Shown here piece by piece: positions 30,662-43,798 of a DNA stretch of 64,000 nt. This DNA is from Cyanophora paradoxa CCMP329 (Eukaryota; Plantae; Glaucophyta). The position numbers and the translations under genes are program-made. The notes under the pieces are model-generated. The model was given only the letters and a program-made list of their open reading frames with translations. It was not told where the DNA came from and did not search any database. Location of the stretch: positions 54,642-118,641 of the forward strand of contig QPMI01000075.1 in the NCBI GenBank assembly GCA_004431415.1, given 5' to 3'. Every line of letters starts with the position of its first letter. The stretch's first letter is position 1.

Positions 30662-31125
30662 CGTACGCGCGGGGCTGGATCCGGGGCTCCTATTGGACGG
30701 CAATGCCGGATTTACTTGCAATCAAGGCGCCCTACCCCCGTCTATACCTAGGCCCCCCCCCCCGGCCCCCCCCCCCCCGGCCCCCTTCCCCCCTCCCCCC
30801 CGCCCCCGCGGCCCCGCTCCCCATTCAACCGGGGGCCCTGCAGCTCCGCCGCCAGCTCTGCTTCGCCGTCAAGGCGCCCTACCCCCCGTCTACTCCCCCC
30901 CCTCCTCTGTCTACCCCCTTCGCTCCGTTCGCAGCGCGGGGCGAGCGGTCTGCTGGACGTCGCGCGGCAGACCTACCTCGAGACCAACGAAGGCCCGCCT
31001 CCCTGGGCCTCTCGGTTGGTTGACAGGCAGGGGTACGATACAAGCGTACGTGCAGCAGCTAGCGCTGGTGCAGGGGTACAAAGCCGAGTGGGCCATCTCC
31101 TCCCTGCGACTCCAGGCCCGCCGTC
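30662..31125 (+). pseudogene. Second MSH4 pseudogene fragment (inverted copy of ~35081-35390, introns retained)
   Basis: GALQLRRQLCFAVK / GLLDVARQTYLETNE / LVQGYKxEW exons with their introns match MSH4 in reverse complement. Confidence 0.9.
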
Positions 31126-31180
31126 AGCCCGGGGGCCTCTCCCCTCCTTGCATCCCCTGAAATGTGCACAGCAGCTCTCG

Positions 31181-31272
31181 CGCTGCACTACGCGCCGGGG
31201 AACGCGAGGAAGGAGGCCCGCCTCTCGATCGCCGTCACCTTCTTCGCGGACGGCGCGAAGCTCCTCCCCAAG
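31181..31272 (+). pseudogene. Fragment of a PhyH dioxygenase gene (inverted match to 44755-44846)
   Basis: LHYAPGNARKEARLSIAVTFFADGAKLLPK versus LHYAPGNATKEARLSIAVTFLADGAKLLPK; DNA nearly identical. Confidence 0.85.
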
Positions 31273-31562
31273 CCCTCGCATACGCAATGCGGATTCGCGA
31301 TTCGCGATGGATGCGCACGCCCAGTTCCTGAACTACTGGTCCGGTAATGCACATGAAGGCGGGCGCCAGCATGCGCAAGCTCGCGCAAATCGAACTGACC
31401 CAGTCCGGCTCGCCATCCCCCCCCCCCCCCCCCCCCCCCCCCTACTTCGGCTAGCCTTGTAGCTGGCTAGCTAGCGAGCAAGCGCCGGACCGGTCCAGCT
31501 ACAGGCTACAGGCTACAGGCTACAGCTGCAGCCCCGCGCGGGCGCGGGCGTCGCGGTCACGG

Positions 31563-34500
31563 TCAGGCGCCCCCGAGGGCGGCTCCGCCCTCCTCCGCCC
31601 CCTCGCCCTCCTCGCCCTCGGCCACCTCCAGCGCGTCCCGGTACCGCCCCCGCAGGTCCCTGCCGCCCCGGTCAGCCCCGGCCGGGCAGCGTCAAAAAAT
31701 CAGAGCCGCTCTCGGGGCGGCGGCGGCGGCGGAGGGAATTTTTCGAAGCGTTGAATAGTGCTTCCTTAAGCTTCCTATACGATCTAATTATAAGCTCTTA
31801 AGCTCGAGGCGGGCGGTGGGCGGCGTCCGGGCAGCGGGCCGCTCCCCGGGCGGCGGCGGCGGCGGCGGCGGCGGCGCCGGCGGAGGGAATTCAAAGCGTT
31901 GATAGCGCGTGCTGTAGCTTCGAAAACTCGTAACGATCTCAAGCTTTAGATCTAGCTCTAGATCGAATCTGGATTCGAGACAGCTACGAGTTGAGTTCAA
32001 AGGGGCTCACCTGAGGACGGAGCGGAGGGTCTCGGCGTCGAGGGTCGACTCCCGAAGGGCCCGCAGGCGGCCCACCAGCTCCAGCCGGCCCCGCACCTGA
32101 CCTCGGATTCGACCCGAGAGAGAAGGGCGCGGAGAAGGGGAGGGCGGGCGGCGCACGCGGCCGCGGAGGCCCGGCTGGCCCAGCTGCCCGCCCGCCTCCG
32201 CGCGCGCCTCGATCTGGGGGTACAGTACTAGTTGAAAACGGAAGCGAAGAGGAGCCGAGGGGGACGGGGTGGGGGTACGCGCGCGCTTGGACGGCGAGCT
32301 GCTCGGCGCAGTCGACGAGGGAGGGCGGGAGGCCGGCCGCCCGCGCCGCCGCGATCCCGTAGTGGCCCGCCGCGTTCCGCCCCTAGAGCTAGAGCTTCAG
32401 GATCAAATTCGAAGCCGAGGCGGGTAAAGGGCGCGGGTTCGAACCTCGGCGAGGGTGTACCGAAAGTGCAGGTCGCCCCCCGCCCGCGCGTCCGCCTGCC
32501 GAGGCCCAGTCGGTCCGGGCAGGAAGGGGGGGTACAGTGCGGGGCGGGCCCTGAGGTGGTAGTTGCGGACGTTGGGGTACAGCACCGCGAGCTCCGTCAG
32601 GGCTGCGGGCGGACCGGAGGTGAGCGGCCGCGGCGCGCCCTTGCCCTCCTCGGCTGCGTCTCAGCTCTAGATCTGGGGCCGAAGCTTGAGGGGCGGACCG
32701 TCGAAGTGGGTGGCGAAGAGGGTGCAGGCGCGCGTGCTCAGCAGGAACTCGCACACGCTGCGCGCGCGCGGCAGAGTGAGGTGAGCTAGGAGGGGATCCA
32801 GAGGGGCGCGGGAGGGCAGCGGGACCCCAGGCGGGGCCCCGGACGCCTAAATCAAGACCCAGATGAGATCTTGATTAGGACGGAGAACCGCGGCTCGAGG
32901 GAAGTGCGATCGTCCCCAGGGGGCCCGGAGCCCCGGCCGTCCGCGGGGTGGGCCTCCATGCGGGGCCCCGGCCGCCTGGATCTGAATCTAAACCTAAAGT
33001 AGATCTAGATCCGCCCGGGGTGGGGGCGGCGGGCCTCCAGGCGATGCCCTACGGCGCGAAGTTCCGGCCTAATCTAGATCTAGATCTAGGAATGTAAATG
33101 TAGATCTAGACCTAGCTGCCGGCGGGGGCCGGGGGCGGCGCGCCTCCAGGCGATGCCCTGACCGTCGAGGGCGGCGGTGCCGCGCCCCAGCTCGTCCACC
33201 GCCACTAGCGACCCGTTCGTCACGTTCTGCGCCCAGAGTTAGACATAATTAGGGTCTACAGAGTCATGCTTTGCAGAGCGCTGTGGGGGGCGGGGCGGGC
33301 GGGCGCGGGCCCGCTTAAGCCTCCAGCTCCCCCTTCTACGCTCTGGATGTAGATCTGGACCCCCCCCCCCTCCCCGCGCCCCCCCGCCCCCCTCCTCCTC
33401 GCCTGGACGATGTAGGCGGCCTCGGACATCTCGACGAAGAAGGTGGAGGCCCCCGGGCCCGCCCCCCCCTCCTCCGCCGTCCTGCCCGCCGGCTCACACT
33501 AAGGAGGGGAGAGGGAAGGGGCAGGGTGGGGGCGGACCCGAGACGAGTGAAGAGGCGGTCGAGGCACCGCAGCGACGCGAACTCCGCTGCGGGGGCGGAG
33601 CTCGCAGTTGAGGCGCAGAGGGCGTAGAGGATCCAGTGCGGGGCGTGGAGGATCCAGGAAGCCGGCCGGGGCCCGAGGCAGCGCGGCAAGATGGCGCGTA
33701 CCCGGGACGTGGCAGCCGACATGGGCCATGATCGCGATCAGCGCCACCTGCGCATGCCCCCCGGGGGTACCGGTCGAAGGAGAGCAAGAGAGGGGCCCCC
33801 GGGGGTACGTGTCGAAGGAGAGGAGGGAGGAGGAGGAGGGAGGGGTGGGGTGTGTGTGTGTGTGTTGGGGGGGGGGGGGGGGGGGAAGGGGGGGCTGCAG
33901 GGCGCGCCTGGCGGAGGTAGGTGCTCTTGCCGCTCATGTTGGCCCCCGTGATCACGTGCAGGTTGCAGCTGCCGGGGCCGGGGCGCGGGTGAGGGGCCGA
34001 GAGGCGGGGCGGAGTGCAATCTCTTCGGCCAGCTTGTGAAGCTATTTCAACTGGAAGGGGAGGGGGGGTACGGGGCGCTAACTTGTCTGCGAGAAACGTG
34101 TCGTTGGGCACGAAGCGGTCGGCGCCCGCCTCCTGGGGGGGCGAAGTGAGGGCGGTACAGCGCGGAGGAAGAAAGGGGCGCGCGCACCGCGCCGCGGGCG
34201 CGGGCGTGGGGCCCGTGCGCGAGGCGCTCGAGGATGGGGTGCCGCCCCTGCGGCGGCTCGAGCTCAGGAATCGTAGAGGAGTGAGTTTGAGCGTAAGCTC
34301 AAGTGGCTAGAGCTTAAGCTTAAGCTTCAGAAAAGGGAGCGGCTCGGGCCCGGGGTGGGCATGCCTGCTTGATGGCGACGGGGCCGCCGTCCGTCAGCTC
34401 CGGCCGCACGTACCTGACGCTCGGATCAGATCAGATCGGATCTGAGATCAGAGGCGGGCGCGCCGGCCGCCGGTGCCGACAAAGGCGGCGAAGGCGCAGA

Positions 34501-37447
34501 TCATGTCCAGCAGGGCCACGCTGCGATCCATCCCGAGTTCAGATCCGGCTCGGGGGGGTACATGCTCGGGGCGGGTGGGGGTACGGTACCAGTCGGCGAC
34601 GCGGTGGAGGGGGTCGAGCCGGCCCCGCACGCCCGCCGCGAGGCTCGCCACCACTCTGCAAAAGGAAAGAAAGGGAAGGGAAGGGAAGGGAAGGAAGGGG
34701 GCGGACGACTCTGTGAGGAGCAGCATCTCGTCCTCGCTCTCGCGCGCCCGCGCCGAGAGGCTTGCCAGCGCCTCCGTCGTCCCCGTCTGCGCGCGCGCGG
34801 CCTCTGTATAAACGCCGAGGGGAGCCAGCGACAGTAAGCTTAGACCGGACGCACGCAGCGCCTGCCCTGCTTCGCCACCTGAGGCGAGGGAGGCGCGGCG
34901 CTCAGGGAGAAGCGAAGTGAAGAAAGGCTAAAGGAAGTGGTTGCCTGGACGAGGCCTTGGGGCAGCTGCTCGCCACCCCCCGCGAGGGCGAACGAGAGGA
35001 AGAAGCCGCGCCGCGGCGAGTGCTGCCCGGCGCCTGTTAGGGGAGGAGGCGGGGAGCGCGGGGGGGCCGCGGGGGGCGCGCGGCGGGCCTGGAGGCGAAG
35101 AGAGGGGATGCCCCACTCCGTCTTGTACCCCTGCACCAGCCGCTGCACGTCTGTCGTACCTCCGCCTGTCAGCCAACCGGCGGCGAAACCCTGAGAATGA
35201 GGGGGCCGGGCCCTCGTTGGTCTCGAGGTAGGTCTGCCGCGCGACGTCCAGCAGGCCGCTCGCCCCGCGCTGCGAACGAAGCGAAGGGGGTAGACAGAGG
35301 AGGGGGGGGGGATAAGACGGGGGGGTAGGGCGCCTTGACGGCGAAGCAGAGCTGGCGGCGGAGCTGCAGGGCCCCCCGCGCGTACGCCGCCTCCTCCTGC
35401 AGCACCTGCGGGGGTGTGGGGGGTACAGGGGCGAGGAGGGAGAGGGGATGGGGATGGGGGTACGCTTCCGAGCTCGTCGCGGAGGGCGGAGAGCTCCGGC
35501 GCCAGCAGAGCCGCCCGCATGTGCTGCCCGGTTCGAATTCGAGGCTGGAGTCAGAGCCCGGGGGGTACGGGAGAGGGGCCGGGGGGGGGGGTACGGGAGC
35601 GGACGCGGAGGAGGGGCCCCTCGGCGGGGGCGAGGGCCTCCGCGAGCACCGGCGCCGCCTCCAGCAGCTGCTTCAGGTACACCTGGGGGGGGTACGTGAA
35701 CTGGGAAGAAAAAAGCAAAACCGGGGAGGGGTACCAGGTTGCGGATGGAGGCGGCCGCGCCGGCCTCGGAGCGCTTCTTTCGCGAGTAGACGAACTGGGG
35801 TCCCGGGGGGGGGGGGTACGCGTTTGGGCAGGTAGGCGGGGTAGCCCCCACTTTGTGCTTCCGGCACCTGGGAGAGGAGGTGGTCGGGGTCCAGAAAGTT
35901 GGCGAGCGCCGCCTGCGGGGGTACGTGAGCAGACCGCGCTCCCGGGTACGCGAAATTCAGGCGGGGGGAGGGGTAGGGCGCCTGGCAGTCGAGGAAGAGG
36001 CGGTCCTTCGCGACGAGCTCGTCCAGGCAGTCCAGCCGCATCTGCGGGGGGCAGGGGTGGGGTACGCGTTCGATTCGGGGGTACGGGGCAGGAGGGAGGT
36101 GCGGGGCACGCGTTGATGGCCTCGCGGCGGGCGAGGGGCTGCAGGAGGCTCGTCCGCAGCATCCGCGCTGGGGGAGGGATCACCGGGGGGTGAAGGGGGG
36201 GGGGGGGGGAGGAGGAGGGTACCGCCGCTGGCTGTTCGGGTGAGGTTGAGGACTCCGAAGAGGGAGCGCCGCGGGTCCCCCGTGCGCACCCCGGCCACGA
36301 GCTGTGCATGTACCCCCTCTCAGGGAAGGAATCGGGAGGAGGGGGGGTGAAGGGGAGCGCTCGCTCGCCTCGAGGTTCGCGGCGGTGGCCGCGTCGATGA
36401 GCAGCTGCCCCTCGAACCCGCAGCACGTCACCTGGGATCAAATCTTCAGCGCGGGATCGAGTCTGAAGCCTTCGGGGGGGGGAGGGCGGGCGGGCCTTTA
36501 GGGCGCGCGGCTCGAACGCGACGTCCTGTGCCGCCTCCACGTGCCTCAGCAGCGCCCCCGCCGCCTGCACGCACAGGCCCCTGCCGCCCGGGTTCGGGCC
36601 CGCGAGGGCCCCGCGCAGCGCCGCGCACTTCCCGTTGGCCTGCAGCTCCGCGACGACGCTCGGCTGTGCGCTCGCCAGCTGCCCCAGCAGCGCCGCCCCT
36701 GCGCGCGCGTGGGCCTCGGAGACTGAGAGGGCGGCCGCGGCCGCGGGCGGCGGGCGGCGGGCGGGCCGTGGGACTCGTCGAAGAGGCGGCGGGGGAGCTC
36801 GACGCGGCGGGCGGGGTACTCGTCCGAGCCCAGCAGCGCGTGCAGCTTCGTCTCGGGCCCCGCCAGCGCCGGCACCACCACCTGCCCGCGCACGGCGCCA
36901 GCCCGACGGTCGCGGGACTGGAAGCTCGGCGTGCTCTAAGGCGGGCGTGCGTGCCTCCTTCGGGTTGTAGACCTCGAGTTGCCCGAGTGCGTAGATGTAG
37001 GAGGCTGCGCGCGCGCCCACGCGGGAGCCGCGGTCGGCGCTCAGGGAGGGCGGGAAGCGAGGCGCTGGCGGCGCGCGCCTCCGTCCTTGAACTGCACAGC
37101 GCTTTTAGGGATGCGAGATGCGACTATAGAGCGCCGCATGGCTCGCCTGGCTCAGCACGAGGGACGGGGCGCGAAGGTTGAACGCCGCCAGGCCGATCTG
37201 CGCGGGCGCGGCGATCAGGGCCGGCCTCTCGCATCGAGAGACGCGTACGCGCCTCGCGTGACTTGCCCTCGACGATGGCGACGATGAAGAGGGAATCGCG
37301 GGCCCGCGCCGTCCCCGTCGCTGCGCCGGTGCGCGGCGCGCTCGCGGCGCCGGCTGCGCGCGAGGGCGCCCTGCCCGTGGCGGGACGGAGCAGCGGAGGC
37401 GGCGGCGGCACGTCGAACGCGTCGGGGAAGCGTGGCTCCGGATTCAT
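31563..37447 (-). CDS. MSH4: MutS homolog 4 (meiotic MutS-gamma subunit), multi-exon
   Basis: IVAIVEGKSRE-IGLA start with no mismatch-binding domain I; LIDAATAANLE, SLFGVLNLTRT, LRRQLCFAVK, LLDVARQTY, GRHPILE, FVPNDT, ITGANMSGKSTYLRQ, STFFVEMSE, DELGRGT, TLFATHF, LYPNVRNYH, HYGI. Confidence 0.9.
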
Positions 37448-37885
37448 TTTGAACGACGGGTACCGCCCGATTTGATTGGCAGAGGTTCACCGGCGGATCA
37501 AGCTGCAAGGGACTCGAGGCAACCAAGCGCGCTCTAGAACTCGCGGACGATGAGGACCGTTCGCGCATGCACACGAGCGCAGCGCCGGCCTAACGAATTC
37601 TGGGGCTTCCAACATGTACAGGGGCCCGCTGATCATGATCATGAGCCGACGCCGTGACGCGGACGCCTGATCATGAAGCGCCAGCTAGAGTTTCATGCAG
37701 TTCGCTTCCCGAATCCCGATCATTGTGCAGCCAGCCCCGCGCGCGAATCCGTGACTCCCGGACCGTGAGAACTTACTCTTGTTAAATTAAAGAAGGCAAG
37801 AGAACGATAATGAGACGACTACGTGAAAGGGAAATGCGGGCCGCGGGTCGCGCAGCGGCCGTGAAAGGAGAGAGGCACCAACAGC

Positions 37886-39764
37886 TTAGTCGGTGGTCAT
37901 GACAATGCGGTACTTGGCCTGGCCCTTGTGGCAGCGCTCCATGGCCTCGTTGACCTGGAAAAAGGGCGGATCAAATTAGCGAAATCAAATTCAAAAGGCG
38001 AGCGGAGTAAAAAAAAGCACCTGGGAGAGCTTCATGAGCTCGATCTGGGGGCGGATGCCGTGGATGGAGGCGAAGCTGAGCATGGCGCGCATCTCGCGGC
38101 GCCCGCCGACGATGGAGCCGACGATCGACTTCTGGCCGAAGATGAGGGTCATGTTGCCGACCTTGACGTCAGTGACCGGGATGCCGATGAGCACGAGCTT
38201 GCCGTCTGCGGGCGCGCGCACGGTCAGCCGCTGCGGACGCGAAGCACGAGAGGCGGGGCGGCGCACTGTTGCGGAGGAACGAGCAGAAGAGGTCGTAGTC
38301 GATCGGGGCCGGGCAGGTGTTCAGGATCTGCGTCATCGGGGCGTGAGACGAGGAAAGAAAACGGCGGCGAAGAGAGCGGGCGCACGAGGTCCTGGGTGGC
38401 CTTGGCCGCCGCGCAGTGCTCCTTGTCGGAGAAGTCAACGAAGTGGTGAGCGCCGAACCGCTTGGCATCGGCCTCCTGGTTGGCGAACGCCGAGAAGGCG
38501 GTGACCTCGCAGCCCATGGCGCGGGCGAACTGCAGGGCAAGGTGGCTGTGCGCCCGTCAGGCCCACGGCTGCGCAATCGGGCGGACGCGAGCGCACCCGA
38601 GGCCGCCGACGGCGATGACGCCGACCTTCATGCCCGGCTTGGCCCAGCGGTCCAGGGGCGAGTAGACGGTGTGGCCTGCGGGCGGCCGGATCAAATTCCG
38701 AACGGCCGAGAGGAAGAAAAGGAGCGCGTCTTACCGGCACACATGAGCGGCGCGGCGTACTCGCTCGGGAGACTGTAGAGACCGATCAGATGACGGAACA
38801 AGACGGACGCGCTGGAAAAGGACGCACGCGTCGGGGATCTTGAAGCAGAAGCGCTCAGAGGCGCGCATGCGCTCCTGCCAGCCACCTGCAAGCAAACAGA
38901 GCTTAAGAATGACATTGCTAGAGGAGAAGAGAAAGCTTGCTTGGGGAGAAGAGAAAGCCGGAGCGAACCGTGGTTGCCGACGATGAGGCCCTTGTAGCCC
39001 TACATCGACAGGTTCGGCGGTCAGAGACAACGAGTAGAGCTGTTCGCTCGAAACACGAAGTCACCTTCTCGCACAGGTTCTCATCGCCCATCTCGCACTC
39101 GCGGCACCCGCCGCAGGAGTCGCCAATCCAGCTGTCATCCTTGGGGTTAGGCAAAGCGACGAGAACGCCAGCGAAGCGAAGAAAAACGCGAACCCGAAGC
39201 CGCAGCGTTCGCCAACCTTCACGCTATTGGGCACGAAGTGGACGTGAGCTCGGGGTTAAAGACGGACGGCGGTGGTGGGCGAACCGGGAAACCTTGGAGC
39301 CGATGGCCTCGACGATGCCAATGACCTCGTGGCCGGGGATCTGTACAAAATGGCTTCGGACGCGGCGACTTCAACGGAGCCTGGACCTGAACGTACGAGA
39401 GGGAAGGTGGAGATGCCCCAGTCGTCGTCGCGCATGTGGATGTCGCTGGGAACACGTAAGAGGGCGTGTGACGCGTGTTGGACGCGCCAGCTCGCTCACG
39501 TGTGGCACAGGCCATTGTGGGTGACCTTCAGCTCGACATCGTAGTCTGCCCAGCACGTCAGCGCGGCGGCGACGCGTCAGACGCACGTCTAGAGTCGAAA
39601 ACTCACCGCCGAGGGGCTTGGGGGTGTACGTCCACGGCTCGAGGGGCTGCGCAGCGAGAATGTTCGGCCGACGTCCCGGAAAACGGGCAAGCCGTCGAAA
39701 TGGCGTAGCGAAGAGCAGGCACCTTGCCCTTGGAGAGGACGGCGTAGGCCTTGAAGGTGGTCAT
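37886..39764 (-). CDS. Zn-dependent alcohol dehydrogenase, CAD/YahK/Ahr-like (multi-exon)
   Basis: GLCHSDIH, IPGHEVIG, SCGGCRECEMGDENLC, AAPLMCAG, GVIAVGGLG, IVGSIVGG, AKYRIVM. Confidence 0.92.
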
Positions 39765-40027
39765 GGCTGCAGATCGAGCTTGCGGACGGAGACAAATGCA
39801 CTCTACCCGGGCTCGGGGTACGGTTGGAGAGTGGGGGGGGGGAAGGACGCCGGACTTAGTCTGTTCGATTCCCACGAGCTCGCTGGCGTACGCGTCTCGC
39901 GCCTGGCGGCGGCTGGCGGAGCCTGGCGCCCGCCTACCAGTAGTAGGCGCCTACATGCGCATGCGATCGTTCATCGATGAGTTGACGATGACATGCACAA
40001 GGGAATTCGAAGGAGACAGGCTACATC

Positions 40028-43000
40028 CTACAGGGCGCGGGCGTCGGCGGCGCGCGTCTCCCGCAGGCGGCCAGCGAGGACGAGGCGCCGCCCGCCAGTC
40101 CCGGCGCCGGCGTCTTCGCCGGGGCGCAGGAGCGCTTTTCGGGAGGCGACGGGCCCGACGGAGGGCGCGGGGCCGGCGGCCGAGCCGGCGCCGGCGCCCC
40201 CGAACCAGACGTGGAGGCCCCGCAGACCCCCAAACGGGTTCCTGGAGATGGCCGCGGGGCCCGGGGCCCGAGGGGAGGCGGCGGGATGCCCGGGCGGGGC
40301 CTTTGAGGGCGACCAGAGGTCCTCGTCGCCGTAGTCCGAGCTCTCCCCGCTGCTGCTGCTGCTGCTGCCCCCGCTCGACTCCTCGCGCTGCGGGGCCGGG
40401 TGGGGCCGAGAGCGCGTCAGACAAGGAACGGATGTGAGGGCGCAGAGGGCGGCGCGCCTCCTGGCGGCGCCGGCTGGAGAGCTGCTGGCCATGGGCAAGC
40501 TGCCCGTCGTCCGCCGCGCGCGGCTGCGAGGTTCGAGCGCGATCAAATCAGGGGTCCGAAGCGCTGAAGTTAGAGCCGGGTCGGCGCCAGGGATACCGGG
40601 AGGGAGCCCAGGGGCCGGCCGGCGCCGGCTGGCCCATCGCGGCGCCGAGGCGAGGCGCTGGGACCCAGGACCACTCCCCTGCGGATCAAATCAGGCTGGG
40701 CGGGCCGGGCCTGGGCGGGCCGGGCCGGGGCGGGGAAGACTCGCCCGCGGGGGCTCTGCGCGGATCGGAAGGTCGCGGGGCCGCCCGCCCCCGGGCCGAT
40801 GCGGAGGGACGAGAGGAGCGGCGGCGCCTGCGCCCGCGCCGGGGCGCTCCGCCCGGCCGCGGCGGCCACCCCGCCGCCCCCGCCCCCGCCCCCGCCCCCC
40901 CCGACGCGGGGTACGACGGTGTAGCAGTAGCAGAGGCTCGCGTCCTCCTCGCTCAGCTGAACGACCGCTGCGCCGACCCGCCGCTCGCCGGGGGGTACGG
41001 TATCGATGGGGGGAGGGGAACGAACCGGCCTCCTCGGCCCGCGCGGAGGTGTCCTCGATGTACCCCCGCGCCAGCATCTCGGGGCTGATGGGGAGGCCCT
41101 GCGGGACGCGGGCCGTGAGAAACGCTCTGTACCCCGCAGCGGCGGGGGCGGTGCGTACCGCGGCGATGCGGGTGAAGAGGGGCCGGGCCCGCTCGGGGCG
41201 CTCCGCCGCCAGCTCCCGGAGGATGTCGGCGGGCCGGTACCCCCCTCCCGACATGGCGGCGCGCAGGACCTGGTGCGGGCCTACCCCCGCCTGCGCGCCC
41301 CGCCCCGGCTCAACGGTCGCGGGGGGGAAAGGCGGATGGGGGGTACGCGCCTCCCGCATGTTCGCGTAGAGCTTGGCAACCGACACGCCGTGGGCGCGGG
41401 CCAGTACCCCCGCCAGGTACCTGCCCTAGGATATCAGCGACTTGCGGAGCGGGGAAGAGAGGGGAGGGGAGGGGGGCACTGCGGCGCGAGGGATCCGTGC
41501 GCGATCATGCGAACGACGTCGCCCTTCCGGAGCGCTGCGGCGCGTCGGCATCAGGCCCCCGGGCGGCGCCCTTTAGATAAAAAAGAAAGCGGGAGTCACC
41601 CAGGCCGCCCCCGAAGGCCTCCCGCCCCGCCCTGCGTGAGCGGTCAAGCAAGCGGACCAGGGCGCGCTCAGACAAGGGGGCGCACGGCTCGACAGAAGCT
41701 CCCCGCCGCCGCCGCCGCTGGGCGCGGCGGCGGGCCCCCGGCGGCCTCCGGCGGAACGAGACGACGAGGACTCGGGTCGCGCAGGCGATGAAGAGGAGCG
41801 TCCGGGGCGGCGCGCCCTCCTCCGCCCCCACGACCGGCGCCGGGCCCGCCCACAGGTCCGCCGCCGGCGCCGGCAGGTTCACCTGATGCGGGCTCGACCG
41901 GGGCGGGGCGGAGCAGGGGTGGAGGCGGGTACAACGATCGGACCTGGAAGAGCGGGTTCCCCGTACCCGGGTCCCAGAGCCGGACCGTCGAGTCCCCGGC
42001 GGCCGTGGCGAGCAGGAGCCTGCGGGGACCTGAGCAGCGAACGAAGAGGAACGTTCACCGAGGCCGGGCGAACCGATCGGCGTCGTGGAGGAACAGGCAG
42101 CGGGAGACGGGTCCGTCGTGGATGAGGGAGCGCTCGTAGTAGGCGCGGCGCCCCACTTGGAGGGGCCGGTCCTCGGGCATGGCGCCCCAGGAGCCGGCGC
42201 CGGCCACGGCCGCGACGCCGCCGGCGGCGCGGCGGCCCGGGGCGAGCGCGGCGCGGACGCCCTCGACCGCGGGCGGGGCCGCCTCGAACCGGTCGTCGTA
42301 CTGGTTCGCGATGCGCACGCGGTCGGACGCAGCGAGGGGCAGCTCGGCCGGCGGCTGCTCCTCCGCCGCGTAGTCGCGAGCGAAGCTGGCGGCCTGCCAC
42401 AGGCCGCACGAGGCGTCCGCCGAGGCCGTCGCGAGCCAGCGGCCGTCCGCCGACAGGCACGCGTCGTTCACCGACGCTGCGCGCGGTTCAGGGGGGGTAC
42501 GCGGGAAGTGGAGGGGGATACCGTGGTGTCCGGGATCCTCGACGTTCTCAGAGGGCGTGAAGGGCCGCTCGGCGGCGGGGCGCCCGAGCTTCCCCGGCGG
42601 CACGGCCCCCAGCAGCCGCCGCTGGCCCAAGTCCCACACCTGAGGAAACAAATGAGGAGCCGGGGTACGTGCACGTCAAGGGGGGTACCGCGAACCTCGC
42701 AAGAACCGTCGCTGACGGCGACTGTGAGGCGGCGGCGCGGGGCGTGGACGTGCAGGCGGCAGGGGTACCCCCCCGAGGGGCGCCCGCCCAGTTTCTGCGG
42801 TGACCGTCGGCGCGGCAGGGGTACCGCGTCTGCAGCACGCTCGAGGGGGGTACCGCACCTGCAGGAGGGTACCGCGCTGCCAGTCCCAGACGAGAATGGC
42901 GCCGTCCGCGCCGCCCGTGACGAGGAGCTCGAAAGCCTCTCCGACGCCCGTGGGCCGCCCCGTCGCCGCTCCCGGCGCGAAAGCGGCGCACTGCGCCTCC

Positions 43001-43521
43001 GCCGCGTGGCCCTCCAGGACCCTGCACCGGCCCGGCCCGTGAGCTCGGGCGGCGGCGGGCGGCGGCGAGGCTCGAGGGTCCTCCTAGCCCGGCGCACGCA
43101 CTTATCGCACTTGGCCTCGACGACGCTCCAGAGGACGACGCGCTTGTCCTCGCCGCACGTCGCCACGAAGCTTCCGTACGGGTGGATCGCGCACGCGAGC
43201 ACGCGGCCCTTGTGGATCGTCCCCACCAGCTTCCCGAACTGCGCGGGGCGCGCGCTCGGCGCCGGCCCGGGATGGCGCGAGGGGCGCGTGCACGCATACC
43301 TGGCAGATCTGCTTGAGGTCCGGGAGGCGGAAGCAGAGGCAGATCTTACCTACGCCGACCGCCAGCAGCGAGGCCGACGGGCAGACGTCGATGCAGGTGA
43401 CCGTCATGCCCACGTTGAGGGCCCGCTCGACCCGGCCCGCGTATGCGTGCGACTCTGGCAGCAGCTCGCTCCGCCACTCGGCGCCGGGCGTGCCGGGGGT
43501 CTCCTGTGCGCCGACCCACAT
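40028..43521 (-). CDS. WD40-repeat protein with long C-terminal extension (multi-exon; 3' end approximate)
   Basis: VATCGEDKRVVLW, VTGGADGAILVWD, LATASADASCGLW, LATAAGDSTVRLWD; splice-linked downstream exons continue to ~40028. Confidence 0.75.
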
Positions 43522-43798
43522 CGTGCTGGACCGGGAGGAGCTCTAGCTATCGGCCGCCGCTACTGCAGACTGAGCGGCAGTACCTATGGTGCATCATGCC
43601 GCCGCCGGGGCTTAGCGGGCAGCCGGGCGCTGCTCCCGCCGCGCGACTGCCCTGTCAGCCAGAACTGCCGAGAACGCGCAACGCGGTCGATAGAGTTACG
43701 CTGAAGGTGCTGCGGCTGCTGGGGCTGCTGGCAAAAGTTGCGCCTTGCAGGGGTACGGCAGGGTTGGAGGGTACACTCTGTTCGTAGAATCCAAGACC

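Noticed and set aside
17117-31272. Helitron capture as the source of the gene fragments
   Set aside because: No RepHel gene or convincing TC..hairpin-CTRR ends; the fragments are collinear local inverted copies.
32428-32452. tRNA from a GGTTCGAA T-loop-like word (also near 17082 and 29526)
   Set aside because: No cloverleaf; the 32.4 kb instance overlaps an MSH4 exon/intron junction.
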